A DNA stretch of 64,000 bases from assembly GCF_006345805.1 (NCBI RefSeq), contig NC_042997.1, forward strand, positions 56,606,001 through 56,670,000. Direction: 5' to 3'. The DNA is from Octopus sinensis. Taxonomy: Eukaryota. This document shows positions 1 to 24,889 of this stretch, piece by piece. The translations under genes and the position numbers were made by a program. A model generated the notes under the pieces. That model did not search any database. It was not told where the DNA came from and saw nothing but the letters and a program-made list of their open reading frames with translations. The first letter of the stretch is position 1, and each line of letters starts with the position of its first letter.

Positions 1-427
1 TTTCCTTATCCCTAAACACCTCTCACATGTACACATACGTACATGTAATACACTAACATTGCCTTTTCCTCCATCCACTTGCTTTACAATCTAACTTTTT
101 TCATACCCGGGTTAATAACTTTGAAAGCCTTTTTCAAAATGCATCTTGATAAATTCAAGGTTTTCTTAGGTTTCATTTTCCAGCTTCTTGCAGCCAAGTA
201 GTTTGCTTTGCTTTTACCCTTCTACCTGACTAGATGTTAATTTTTGAAACTCCAGTACAAATGATGTCTAGTTATACATTTCCAGTCAAATGATGATTAG
301 GTGGTTTCACTTTCTGCTTAGCAAAGTCTGACCCTGCATGAAATCGCCTGGCATTTTTGCTTCGCCACAACTTTGTTTTTAATTTATAATTATATATTCA
401 AACTGTTTGGTTGTTTGTGTGTTTGTT

Positions 428-474
<47 letters not shown>

Positions 475-574
475 ATATGTATGTGTGTTTTCCTCTTTTT
501 AATTTAGAATAAAATTTGACAGGCCACCTACTCAGTTGCAAGGTTGTGAAGGACAGCATTTTGTTTTGTTTATC

Positions 575-1240
575 ATCCTTACAAATTTTTATTACCCCAG
601 ATATTGTGATCATTTGTAGTGTACAAATTGAAGAGTTGAATTCTCTTCCAAAGAATCCAAGATCAGCCATACTTTGCTTTAGGTGGATTGGTATGTATCC
701 TGCTGCTCTGATAATAATAGTTATGAATCTGAAAGTGCATCCTGAGCACTGGATTTGCAAACTCTTTATCAATGGTCCATAGATGTCCTCTTTCTCTTGA
801 ATTTTTTAACTACACTGAGTCCCGAGGGTAGCTGATTTCCACAAAAGAGCACATCTTTTCCTTGCCATCTCACACAACAATATCTGGTCGGTTGTGTTTT
901 AACTTGGTTGCTGTTTTAATTTTTAAGTTCTGCCAATATCTTATTGACCCATTAGACTCAATAAGGTCAACTTCATTTGTGGATGTTTTCTTTTTTGTTA
1001 TTCTAGTCCAAACTGTTCTGCCCACTACATCATGCCTCATGGGAAGATAATATCTGGAAAACATTCTCTCACAGTTTCACTTCTTCTTTTCTGCACAAAG
1101 CACTTCAGTTAATTATTCTGTCCCAGAACTGAAACTCTCTGGGATTCATAACTTGTCCATATCTTTTTCTGTGCAGACACGAAACTTGACACAACTTGCA
1201 AAAGACATGAGCACTGCTCTCTTTTCTTTGACTAACTTTA
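575..1240 (-). mobile_element. Degraded 3' end of a non-LTR retrotransposon with restriction-like endonuclease (R4/NeSL-like)
   Basis: Interrupted frames give RHDVVG...YWQNLKIKTATKLKHNRPDIVV...VEIS...IIIRAAGYIPIHLK...LQMITISGVIKICK, the RH / PD-(D/E)xK C-terminus typical of RLE elements. Confidence 0.65.
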
Positions 1241-2967
1241 AAAAAAAAAAGAGATCAGGTCAACTACTAGACAATTGAAATTCAAGCAAGCATGATATTG
1301 CATCGCCAATTTAAAGGATTTGAGTTCAAATGCACTGCAGGCATTCCATTTTATATTTGTATAGTTTACTTAATTGTGTTTTTCAGAATAAATATCAGAT
1401 CTTCAGGGTATGTCTGTCACCTGAGATAGACTGACATTTTAATTAGAGAGTTTATATTTCACCTGCTTCTTGCCAAAGAAGTAAAGCTAACAGAAGTCTT
1501 AACACAACACATTTTTTTTTTACTGACTGTCCATAAAACCTAAAGGCAACATACATTAGAATACATCTGACATACTGAGGATGATGCACCCTCTTCTTTA
1601 ATATATTCTAGATTACATAAAAATATTTTGGCAGATATTAAGTAAGCTTTAACTCATCAGTCTACAAACACTGACCTAGGTCATACAGTGTCGCATTTTC
1701 ATCTCGTTTTCAATTAACTATAATGGATACTGTTTTGAACTTGCAGATTATGCAATGTCCTAAAGTAAATCAATTTCATGCACTTGTCTCTCTCGCTTCC
1801 ATCAAAATAGTTGTCAATATTTTGAATGGTATGTAGAAGGCTACAGTGGCATGTAAGATAAGATAAATGGGAGGAGATAATGTATAAAGAATGGGTTTAA
1901 GTGAGCAATTCAGGGAAGTATTGTAATAATAGTTGTAGAAATAGAAGAAGTGTCTATTTAATTGATTGGAAATTGTTGTAGAGACCCAGAAAGTAATGGT
2001 TTGTCTACTATGCAAGCTAACAAGTAGTTAGTAGATTTTATAAACACATGTATATGGCAGGTACTTTGATCCATATATCTGAAAAGAATTTTTGTACAGA
2101 ATGTATTTTTACCATGGCTATTCAATGATGATATATTAATTGTCCCTCAAAAGAAAAATTAAATATTTGTGTTGCAATCTTAGCTATATGAAGAAAGTGC
2201 ATGTTCCCATATGTCACAAGAAACTGTTTGGCATGACATTTACAATGTAGTTTGGAGCTTTTAGCTATCAGCAAATAGTTTATGAATGACATGTTTCCTT
2301 GAGATATAGTTTTGAATGACAATGGAATGAGACTCCGTTACTATGTGGTTTCTATGTTTTGAGTAATATAGTATTTGCTTTCTCAATGATATGGATAAGG
2401 ACTGTAGGCAAAATCTAAGGCAGAAGTATTGCTGGAATATTTTATTGGATATGTCTCCAAGGTTTCCATTAGCATAAATGTAACTATTGTCATTTTAAGG
2501 AGTGGAATATTTATCACAATTGTATCAATTAACGTCAGTATAAAGTAGTATGAATCTATCTATATGTCATTATAAAGTAAATGGTCCATAAATCAATAAT
2601 GATGGTATTATTATTGTTTAAATCCCAAGTCAGACCATTAGGGTGATAGCTATTTCCAACAGCTGGGGTGACCATGTAGACACTCCCACCAGAGGTGATG
2701 CCAAAAAGGGTAAAAGATTGTCTAAGTAAGTAGTCAGCCTGAAATATCTAGGTTTTGTATGTGGGAGACACTAAGAGCAGAGGTATAGCTATAATCAAAG
2801 ATCAAAATGGGCATTCTATGTTGATATCTTTGTGACCAGGTATATGCTGTAAGCTTACTTTCCAGTGCTTGAAATGTTGAAAACAAAACTTGTTTGCAAT
2901 TGTAATTACATTTGTGTTTTGTTACCATATAAATTACTCTTGTGTATTTTATGTCTACTGAAACAAG

Positions 2968-3200
2968 GTGACCACAGTTTCCTTTATCGGCCCACTGGTT
3001 AACGGAAACAGCATCTTTCACAGTGATGCCAAAGACATGGCTGAGATCTTGCAAAGTCAATACTACTCTGTTTTCAGTGACCCTGATTCAGTAGACTCAA
3101 GCAGCTTTGCTTCTCTGAATCCTCAACATGTCCTTTCCAACATAACCTTCAACGCCACTGATATCCTAGCAGCAATAAAAGAAATCAAACCTGATTCACT
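2968..3200 (+). mobile_element. LINE ORF2 fragment (linker between endonuclease and RT)
   Basis: SDAKDMAEILQSQYYSVFSDP...LSNITFNATDILAAIKEIKPDS resembles the CR1/L2-group pre-RT region. Confidence 0.55.
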
Positions 3201-3552
3201 GAATATCATAAATGTCAATGAGATGATGGTCAAGCTGCTTAAATTTATGGCAGTTGAAGGACCATATACACCTGTAGTCTCCAAGAGGCATTAATTCAAA
3301 AATAATTATAGTTGGTGATTAAAAACTTCTAGTATCTATTGAAAATAAAAATGGAAAAATAAAATACTGCATTTTAAAATTTAAAATGAAATGCTTTATT
3401 TTTCATTATTTTTTTTTTTTGACAATCTAAGCACTTGTGTGGGTCTGTGGTATGAACTTTGCTTCCCATTCACATGGTTCTGAATTTAGAGCTGCCCAAA
3501 GCCTTGAGTGGATTTAGTAAATGGAAACTAAAAGAAGTCTGTCATATATTGG

Positions 3553-3580
<28 letters not shown>

Positions 3581-3584
<4 letters not shown>

Positions 3585-4590
3585 AAATACAAAAAATGGG
3601 ACAAGAATGCAAAACATCCAGACAGTTAGGTGATACAAAAAAGGAACAACAAAATATCCAGACAGATGCTACAAAGAAAACAAGAACGGGTCATTCGGAG
3701 TTTTCTTTCCTCAGTCAAGTTCCAGATTATCTTTGCAATTTCGGATGGTTATACTCGAGATTGTTCCAATCTGGCCAGCCACAAGGAAAAACTAAGCTAA
3801 GAGCATTAGATTCCATGGAAGAAAGCAGCGAATGTATACGAAAACAAGGACAGAAAATAATGGAGAAATGCTACACAATTATAACTGCAAATAACAGGAC
3901 ATAATAACAGGTGTCTTTTGACTAAGGACAAATTAAATTAAGCTGGCATATGTGAAAGTAAAGCCTTATGGCAGGGACATAAGATATGACAGACACAGGA
4001 AGGAATATAGATGTTGCACGGATAGTAGTCGAACCAAGAGAGAAAGGTCAGGCTTTGTTGAACACCAGTTACATGGGGCAAGAAGAGACAGAAGTAGAGG
4101 CAGAGGGATAGAAGAATTAAGGAGGAGTGAGAAAAAAATGAAAGGGACACAGTGAAGTGAAAGAGGAGGGAAAGTGAGCATGAAGAGGAGGCCAGGAAAT
4201 GTGAGAGAGGGGGAACAAAAGAACAAAGAGTGGAATGAACAAAGTAAGTGTGAAAGGGCTGATAGAAAGAAGGAAAGAATGAAAGAATAATAGAGTCGTA
4301 CAAAATTTAGATATATATACATACTTACATATAAGAGACCAAAATGTACATGCGCCACTATATTTTTATATATAAAAAATACAAAATTGGGACAAGAACG
4401 TAAAACATCCAGACAGTTAGGTGATACAAAAAAGGGACAACAAAACATCCAGACAGATGATACAAAGAAAACAAGGACGGGTCATTCAGAGTTTTCTTTC
4501 CTCAGTCGAGTTCCAGATTATCTTTGCTATTTCAGATGGTTATACTCGAGATTGCTCCAATCTGGCCAGCCCCAAGGAAAAATTAAGCTA
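3581..4590. repeat. Pair of ~220-bp direct repeats (3581-3799 and 4371-4590) flanking ~570 bp, each next to a (TA)n tract
   Basis: Near-identical blocks: aaaatgggacaagaa...catccagacagttaggtgatac...tctggccagcc...aagcta. Confidence 0.85.
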
Positions 4591-4647
4591 TATATATATA
4601 TATATATGTGAAGGGATAATTAATAATTATAATCACCTTATTAGCAT

Positions 4648-7200
4648 ATCACCATCATTATCATTTAACGTCCGTTTTCCATGCTGGTATGAGTTGGACG
4701 GTTTGACTGGAGACTGGCAAGCCAGGAGGTTACACCAGGCTCCAATCTGATCTGGCAATGTTTCTACAGCTGGATGCCCTTCCTAACACCAACCACTCTG
4801 AGAATATAGTGGGTGCTTTTTACATGTCACCAGCACAGGAGCCAGTCAGGTGGCACTGGCATTGGCCACGTTCGAATGGTGCTTTTTATGTGCCACGGCA
4901 CAGGAGCTAGTCGGGGCAGGGGGCTGGCATCGACCATGTTTGGACGGTGCTTTTTATGGGCCACTGCCACAGGGAGCCTGTCAGGCGTCTCTGGCAGCGA
5001 CCCATGCATGAATGAATGGTGTTTTCCATGTGCCACCAGCACTGGTAATGGCCACAACAATTTCCATTGGATTGTGATTTGATTTTAAAAATAATAATGA
5101 AATTTTTGTATACAGTGCTCAGGTGCACCACAACTTGTCAGAAAGTGCATATAAAGTACATACAGTAATGTAAAAATGTCTGGAAAGCGAACAATGTATG
5201 AGTCAGATACATGCTTGTGTGTGTATGGAGGGGAGAAAATCAGGTGTAGTGTTGGCGAATCTCAAAAAGCATGGAAGTTTTGAAGGATGCAGTGCTCCGA
5301 CAACTAACAACTGATGCCGGCAGTTTGTTCCAGGCTTCAGCAACTCTCAGCATGAAAAAATGTTTCCTGAAGTCATGGGAGCTGTGCTGTTTTCTGACTT
5401 TGTAAATATGTCCATGGGTGTTAGATGGGTGGAGTTTGAAAAGGTGCTCAGAGTTATTGTTTGTAAGATGGTTAATAATTTTATGGGTGTCTGCCAAGTC
5501 AGCTGCCAGACGTCGGAGTTTCAATGTGTCCATGCCCAGGGAAGTAAGGCGTTCAGAATATGGCAAATGCCTGATAGAGGGTATTCTTTTGGTTGCAGGT
5601 CGCTGAACGGCTTCCAGACGATTGATATCCTGGGCAAGATAGGGCTTCCATACCGGTGATGCAAATTCCAGGTGAGGTCTTACCATAGCTATATAAAGCC
5701 ACAGATAGATAGCCGGAGAGCGGCTCACAAAGGATTTGGTGAGTGATGCCAAGACACCCTCAGCCTTCTTGACAATTTTAGCGATGTGTTTTGTCCAATG
5801 CAAATCACTGTCGACAATAACACCCAGGTCACGTTCACATGAAGACTTTTTGAGACTAGTGTTGTGGAGGGAGTAGGTGGACGCTGGGTTTCTCCTCCCA
5901 AAATGCATGGTGGTACATTTGCCCACAGCCAGCTTGAGTTGCCAGTCCATGATCCACTGCTGCATTGTGTCCAGGTCTGCTTGCAATAGGGATCTATAAT
6001 GTACAGAATTTGACCTCTTTATTTCGAGGTACAGCTTGATGTCATCTGCATATTTCAGCACTGTGGCATTCTTTAAGTTGGCATCTATGTCATTAACATA
6101 TGCAACAAATAAAAGGGGGCCAAGAACAGATCCCTGTGGTACACCAGATGCCATCTCATAGGGCGAAGAGTGCTGTCCTAGAACTGTGACAACCTCTTTT
6201 CGGCCGAAAATAAAGGACTTCAACCAGTTATAGAGTTTGTCTCTTACACCCAACGCAGAAAGCTTCACCATAAGTCTTTTGTGTGGCACAGAGTTAAAAG
6301 CTTAGCAAAGTCCAGGTAAACAACATCCACCCAGGATCCGCGATCAGTGATTTGGGTAACGTCCTCAAGAAACTCGATGAGTTGATTACAGCAGCTGGAG
6401 TTAGGAATAAATCCGAATTGTGACGGCTGGATGAGGCTGTGAGACTTCCAGAAGTTCCAGAGGGTTTCTCTGATACAGGATTCCATTGACTCAATAGGTC
6501 TCCTCATGCACAGAATGTCACCTGACAATTCAAAGGTACTTTTCAAATGGGCTAGTTATGCAACACTGGTACAGGCTACGGCTGTGATCTCACTTTCCTT
6601 GCCAGGACTTCTCAATCACAGCATATCTCTAGAGGTCTCGGTCTTTTGTCACTGCCTTTATGAGGCTCAACATTCAAAGGTCATGCTTCACCACCTCATC
6701 CCATGTCTTCCTGAGTCTCCCTCTTCCACTATTAGGGAGTGACACTTCTTCACACAGCTCTCCTCATCCATACGCAGCACATGACCATACCAACGCAGTC
6801 GTCTCTCTTGCACACCACATCTGATGCTTCTTATGTTTAACATTTCTCACAGAGTGCTTACACTCTGTCGTGTGTGCACACTGACATTACACATCCAGCA
6901 GATCATACTAGCTTCATTTCTTTCAAGGCTACGCATGTCTTCAGCAGTCACGGCCCATGTTTCACTGCTGTGTAGCATGGCAGTTCACACCCATGCATCA
7001 TACAATCTACCTTTCACTCTGAGTGAGAGGCCCTTTGTCACCAGTAGAGGTGGGAGCTTTCTGAACTTTGCCCAGTCTATTCTTATTCTAGTGGCAACGC
7101 TTTCTGAGCATCCACCCCCACTACAGACTTGGTCACCTAGGTAGTTGAAGCTATCAACTACTTCTAGTTTCTCCCACTGGCATGTGATGGAATCAGTTTT
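4648..7200 (-). mobile_element. RTE-clade LINE 3' portion (RT C-terminus + 3'UTR), split by a nested CR1-type insertion
   Basis: 7200 to 6600 reads YLGDQV...RIRIDWAKFRKL...KGRLY...ETWAVTAEDMRSLERNEASM...ERRLRWYGHVLRM. The 3'UTR runs to 6481, resumes at 5069 and ends in a (GAT)-like tail at ~4648. Confidence 0.75.
5070..6480 (-). mobile_element. 5'-truncated CR1/L2-group LINE (RT domain + 3'UTR)
   Basis: 349-aa ORF 5240-6289 with GVPQGSVLGPLLF and KYADDIKLY. The upstream frame has QFGF...YLDFAK (frameshift near 6290). ATT-rich tail and 8-bp TSD ttccattg at 5062-5069 and 6481-6488. Confidence 0.9.
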
Positions 7201-9405
7201 CTAAGCATCTGCAGTGTTTATTGCCCCTGTGCATCTGCCACACACAAAAGCTATCTTCCCGGTTAACCTTCCTTAATATAGTATTCAGTTAACTGAATAA
7301 ACATCAGCTAAACTTTAATTGATCAGAAAGTCGAGTCTTTCACAAATCCATGGTATAATCCAATAGGCATAAAATGTGATATACAGAGTGTATAATAAAA
7401 ATAATTAAAATGAGGTTGATTTTGTGGGTACTACGCACAATGATTTTTTTGGGTACTACGCACTTAAAAACGATAGGAGAAGCCTTTTCGGTAAAAAAAA
7501 AGAGGGGGAAATATTTTTAGACGAAACGGTATGTGATTAAAGGGAGATTTGACTGTTGTTTCTAGCATATCCCATGGCCACTTTCCTCGTTTCTTTCTCA
7601 CTCTGACAAGTATTAGTTTTTCAATATTTTCTCCCCAATAATAGCATAAATTCATTTATGCTACAAATTTTTTTTTTTTTCTTTTTTGGAAAATTTATGA
7701 TTTTTATCAACCCTAAACCTTACAGGTCATGGGATATGCTAGAAATAGCAGCCAAATACCCCTTAAATCACACATGCTTTTCGTCTGAAAATCTACCAAA
7801 ATTCATCGAGTGTAGTGCTCACAAAATCGACCAAAATCGGTCCGGAGAGGGGAAGATGGGAGTGAGGTATAGATTATAGAAAGAAAAATAAACATTTTCC
7901 AAAAATTTTTGTTGTTGTTAAAAAGATGCTCCAGATCATTTCCAAGGACACCGTGAAAAAAGAAATTCCCCGTTAAAACGGAGAAATTCCAACTTATGTG
8001 GGCAACCTATCGCTGACGCCCGCCGAGAAATTCAAATTGACATGCACGCAGGGAAACATACAGACATGCATTAAATAACACAGGTATGGAGCACTTACAT
8101 TCAGGACTCTGAGTTTATGAGCAACAAACTCATTAAACTTGCAAAAGATGAAGTGCAGCATTTATTGTTGAGTTTTTGCACAGAAAATCAAACCTGTGTC
8201 ATTTAATAAATTTAGTCCTCTATTTCCAACGATATTGAGGTCAATATATTTTCTTGTTACATGAGGTCTATCGATATTGACGTATGTGTGTGTGTGTGCC
8301 TTTGTTTCCAACCACCCCTTGACAACTGGTGCTGGTTTGTTTACGTCCCGCTACCGTAGCGATTTGGCTAAAGAGATCAATAGAATAAGTACTAGGCTTT
8401 AAAAAATAAGCACTAGAGTATATTTGTTCGACTTAAGCCGTAGAAAGCGGTGCTCCAGCATGGCAGCAGTCCGATCACTGAAAGGAACAAACGATAAATA
8501 ATGAGGCATAACTACAGATTTCTGGGTCAATATAAAGATCTTCACCCGTGAACAAAAACAAAAAAATAAACCAGCCTGCTGGGTGTTGACAAGTATGTAG
8601 AAAACGAATATGAAAAGGAAAAAAAATTTGCGCTAACGACCTTAGGGTGGGGAGAGGACTTTCGGAAAATTCACAAGATCCGATTTTTCCGACATAACTT
8701 TCAGTAAATGGATATATATTGATTTTTTTTCGGAATCCCACGTTTTTGTTTATGGAGGATCCGATTGTGAAAAAAAAAATTTCAAAAATCGCATTTTCAA
8801 AATTTCGAAACATCCCCGAGTGGGGAACGGTTCTCAAAAATAACCCCAATTGTTTTCCCCAAAATTCCTATGTCCTTGGAATCTACACAGTTCGAGGTAT
8901 ATTTGTAGGAAATTTCATTTAAAAATATCCATCTTCTTGAAAGTTAAGACGAATTGGACTCCGGGGAATTTTCCGAAATTCCCCACCTCAACCCCTCCTA
9001 AAACACTTTCCCAAAAAATTTGTATATTCGGAATCTACATGATATAAAACATATTCGTAGAAAATTTCATTGAAAAAATATCCACTTTTCTGAAAGTTAT
9101 AATCATCCAAAATCAGGGGTGCAGAAATCTGTAATTATGCCTAATGAAATGTTAGCACCAAGCAGTGTTTAGGCATAAACAAAACTTAGGTTAGTTAAAA
9201 TACGATTGTGACAGAAAGATACTAGAAGTTTTGATTCTCGAAACCAGGTGTCACTCGCATATAATACATTAAAGATTTTATCCCCATAAATTATGATTAA
9301 ACACTTTATTTATCCAAAGAAAAGGTTGAATCAACTTTAAAACGATGTACACTTATACTAGAGTGAAGTTTCAATTAACTCACGCACTGAATTTAATCAT
9401 TTTAC

Positions 9406-9601
9406 CTGCATCCAAGTAGCTTATTTTTTGTAGACTGTATGGTATTCCAGTAACTAATTCCAAATGATCTTTTAGTTCTGAAATTTTCATTTTCATCGAA
9501 ACATAGACAATATAAAGATCGACTTTCAATAATCTGACCTTTAGCGAAACTGGATGAGTTTTTTTCCATGTAAGTCTATATTTATCTCTTGCCTTGCCCA
9601 T
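9406..9601 (-). CDS. ANKRD60: First coding exon of a ubiquitin-like-domain protein, ANKRD60-like; downstream exons not identified in window
   Basis: MGKARDK...SMKMKISELKDHLELVTGIPYSLQKISYLDAG ends at a phase-1 donor (gcag|gtaaa). It resembles, from recall, the ANKRD60 Ubl segment [29 protein letters not shown]. The symbol is tentative because no ankyrin exons were found. Confidence 0.6.
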
Positions 9602-9869
9602 CTTTGAGAAAAGCCACTATATTAGAAGCGACTGAAATGGGAACTGTAATTACCATAGTAACTTCAATGCGGAATTAATATTCTTTTCCCCACAACTTCA
9701 CTCCAATTATAAATTTTAAATTCAACCAAAGGAAAATAATTTAAAATTTAATTCCATATTAAGATATATTTTTAAACACAAATTGAATGATATTATTTCT
9801 ATTAGAAATATATTTTCAAATCTATAATTTTCTGCTTAATAGTTGCATTTGCTTGACTCGGTGTTGAAA
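9602..9869. promoter_or_regulatory. Putative bidirectional promoter between ANKRD60-like and NDUFV2
   Basis: Only 268 nt separate the two divergent ATGs. An ACTACAnnTCCCA-like motif (attacagttcccat) lies on the - strand at 9637-9650. Confidence 0.65.
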
Positions 9870-23110
<13,241 letters not shown>

Positions 23111-24889
23111 AAGCAAAAGAAATAGAGACCATGTATTACTTAGCTTTCTTTCAACACTGAAATGTATAATGTAAAATAAATTTGTTACCGAATATCTTAA
23201 GTTCTTTGTATACTCATTGATTAGAATATACCATTTTTTAAATTTAAGAAAAAGCTAGTTTTCTTAAAGGAAAACCAGATTAATGTATTTGAAATTGTCC
23301 TTTAAAGGACTATTTCATCAAACTGCAAATAAAAATGTCTACTAAAATCAATTTGTTTCTTTCTAACAATTGGAGAATAGGTTGCATGTTTTTCTTACAA
23401 AGAGTTCTCCTATCATTAGATTTTTATTAAAATCAAACCAAAAGTACAAGTTTTCAATCTTTATAACAACAGTTTGAAAGATTTCTCAAACTATTGCAAA
23501 ATGAATTTAACATCAAAATAAATGAAGATTCTTGAATTTTATATATATATACATACATACACACACACACACATACATATATATTTCATATGCATAATCT
23601 AAACTAGAAAGAGTCACAACATGAATAACAAACAAAATAAAGTGATTAAGAAAAATATAACATCTTTTATGACTTCATGATGAAAATTTCATTAATATCT
23701 TTTGAAAAGAGGATGAAGTTTTACAGTCAATTAAACTAACTCCAGTATACTGTTAGTACAATTTTACTGACCTTGAAGCAATGAAAAATCAATTGCATTG
23801 AGATTTGAACTCAAAAATATTGCAATCACTAATGCACTATTCAAGGAACATATACTGAAAGCTAATCCAAATAAGCCCTCACTTCCCAATTTGCAAGACT
23901 GTTCTTTCATCACCTGGCATGGCATATTACAAAATGATACAACCCTATGCTATGGAATACGCTCGCATTCACAAAAACTGGATTTTAAAAAATAAAAACT
24001 GCAAAGACAGGTTTTCCACAATATAATTATATTTTTGGTATGAAAAAAAATTTTTTTTTAAAGCCTAGTATGAGATAATATGACCGTGTTTGACCCCTCC
24101 CCCTAACTTCACCTTTTAGAAATATAACATCTCAGTAATATTTACACTGACAATACTTATCATCATCAATAAGATTTTTGGGTATGTACATAGTAATAAG
24201 TATACATTCTAATGATATAGTGGACAAGAGTAGTACATGCATTAGTTTAGAAATAAAGGTTCCTAGTTCAAATCCACTTTAGTACTATGTACATATCCAA
24301 GAATTAAGGTACCTAATGAAGATTGGATAATCATACTGTCTAATGAAATCTCTATAAAAAAATGTTTCCTCCTTAGAGATGAGGTTAATATATGAGAAAT
24401 TAGAATCATAATAATTCATCTTAGACATTTAAACTTCAAGTTTTATGCTGCTATTTATGGCTCTGAGAGGCTTGTGCTACTGAATATTTACAACTGAATG
24501 CCTTTTTTCAATTACAAATTAAGACTGGTACCAATCCAATTGATAACTACAGATGCTGGAGTATTTCAGAGAAGCTGTCTTTAGACAAGACATCTAAAAT
24601 CCAGATTTAAAAATTATACAAAAAAAAAAATATAAGCTGATGATGACACCCAACTCAAATGTTTTATATTCACTACTTTGTTATGAAAATTGTTCCCCCT
24701 GCCCTATATTAATAATATACAATCATTTTTGTATAGTAAAATGCCTGCAAAGTTGAGCCACTAGATGGTACACAGAAAAATCTTTTTTAAAAAATGCTGA
24801 ATAAATGTTTATAAGTACGAATGGATCACCAAATATATATTTATGAATATAATAGGTTAAATATATAAAACCCTCAAAACAAGGGGAAA

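Noticed and set aside
1670-1720. Minus-strand DENATLYDLG segment as exon 2 of the ANKRD60-like gene
   Set aside because: In-frame TGA just upstream and no credible acceptor; likely chance.
3938-4448. 121-160-aa ORFs, and similar ones at 43610-44051, 55478-55811, 56274-56816, 61862-62335, 63712-63979
   Set aside because: Products of CT/TG/TA low-complexity sequence, not genes.
8099-8280. Strong minus-strand donor (gtaagt) inside the ANKRD60-like intron
   Set aside because: No phase-compatible open frame or recognisable protein similarity.
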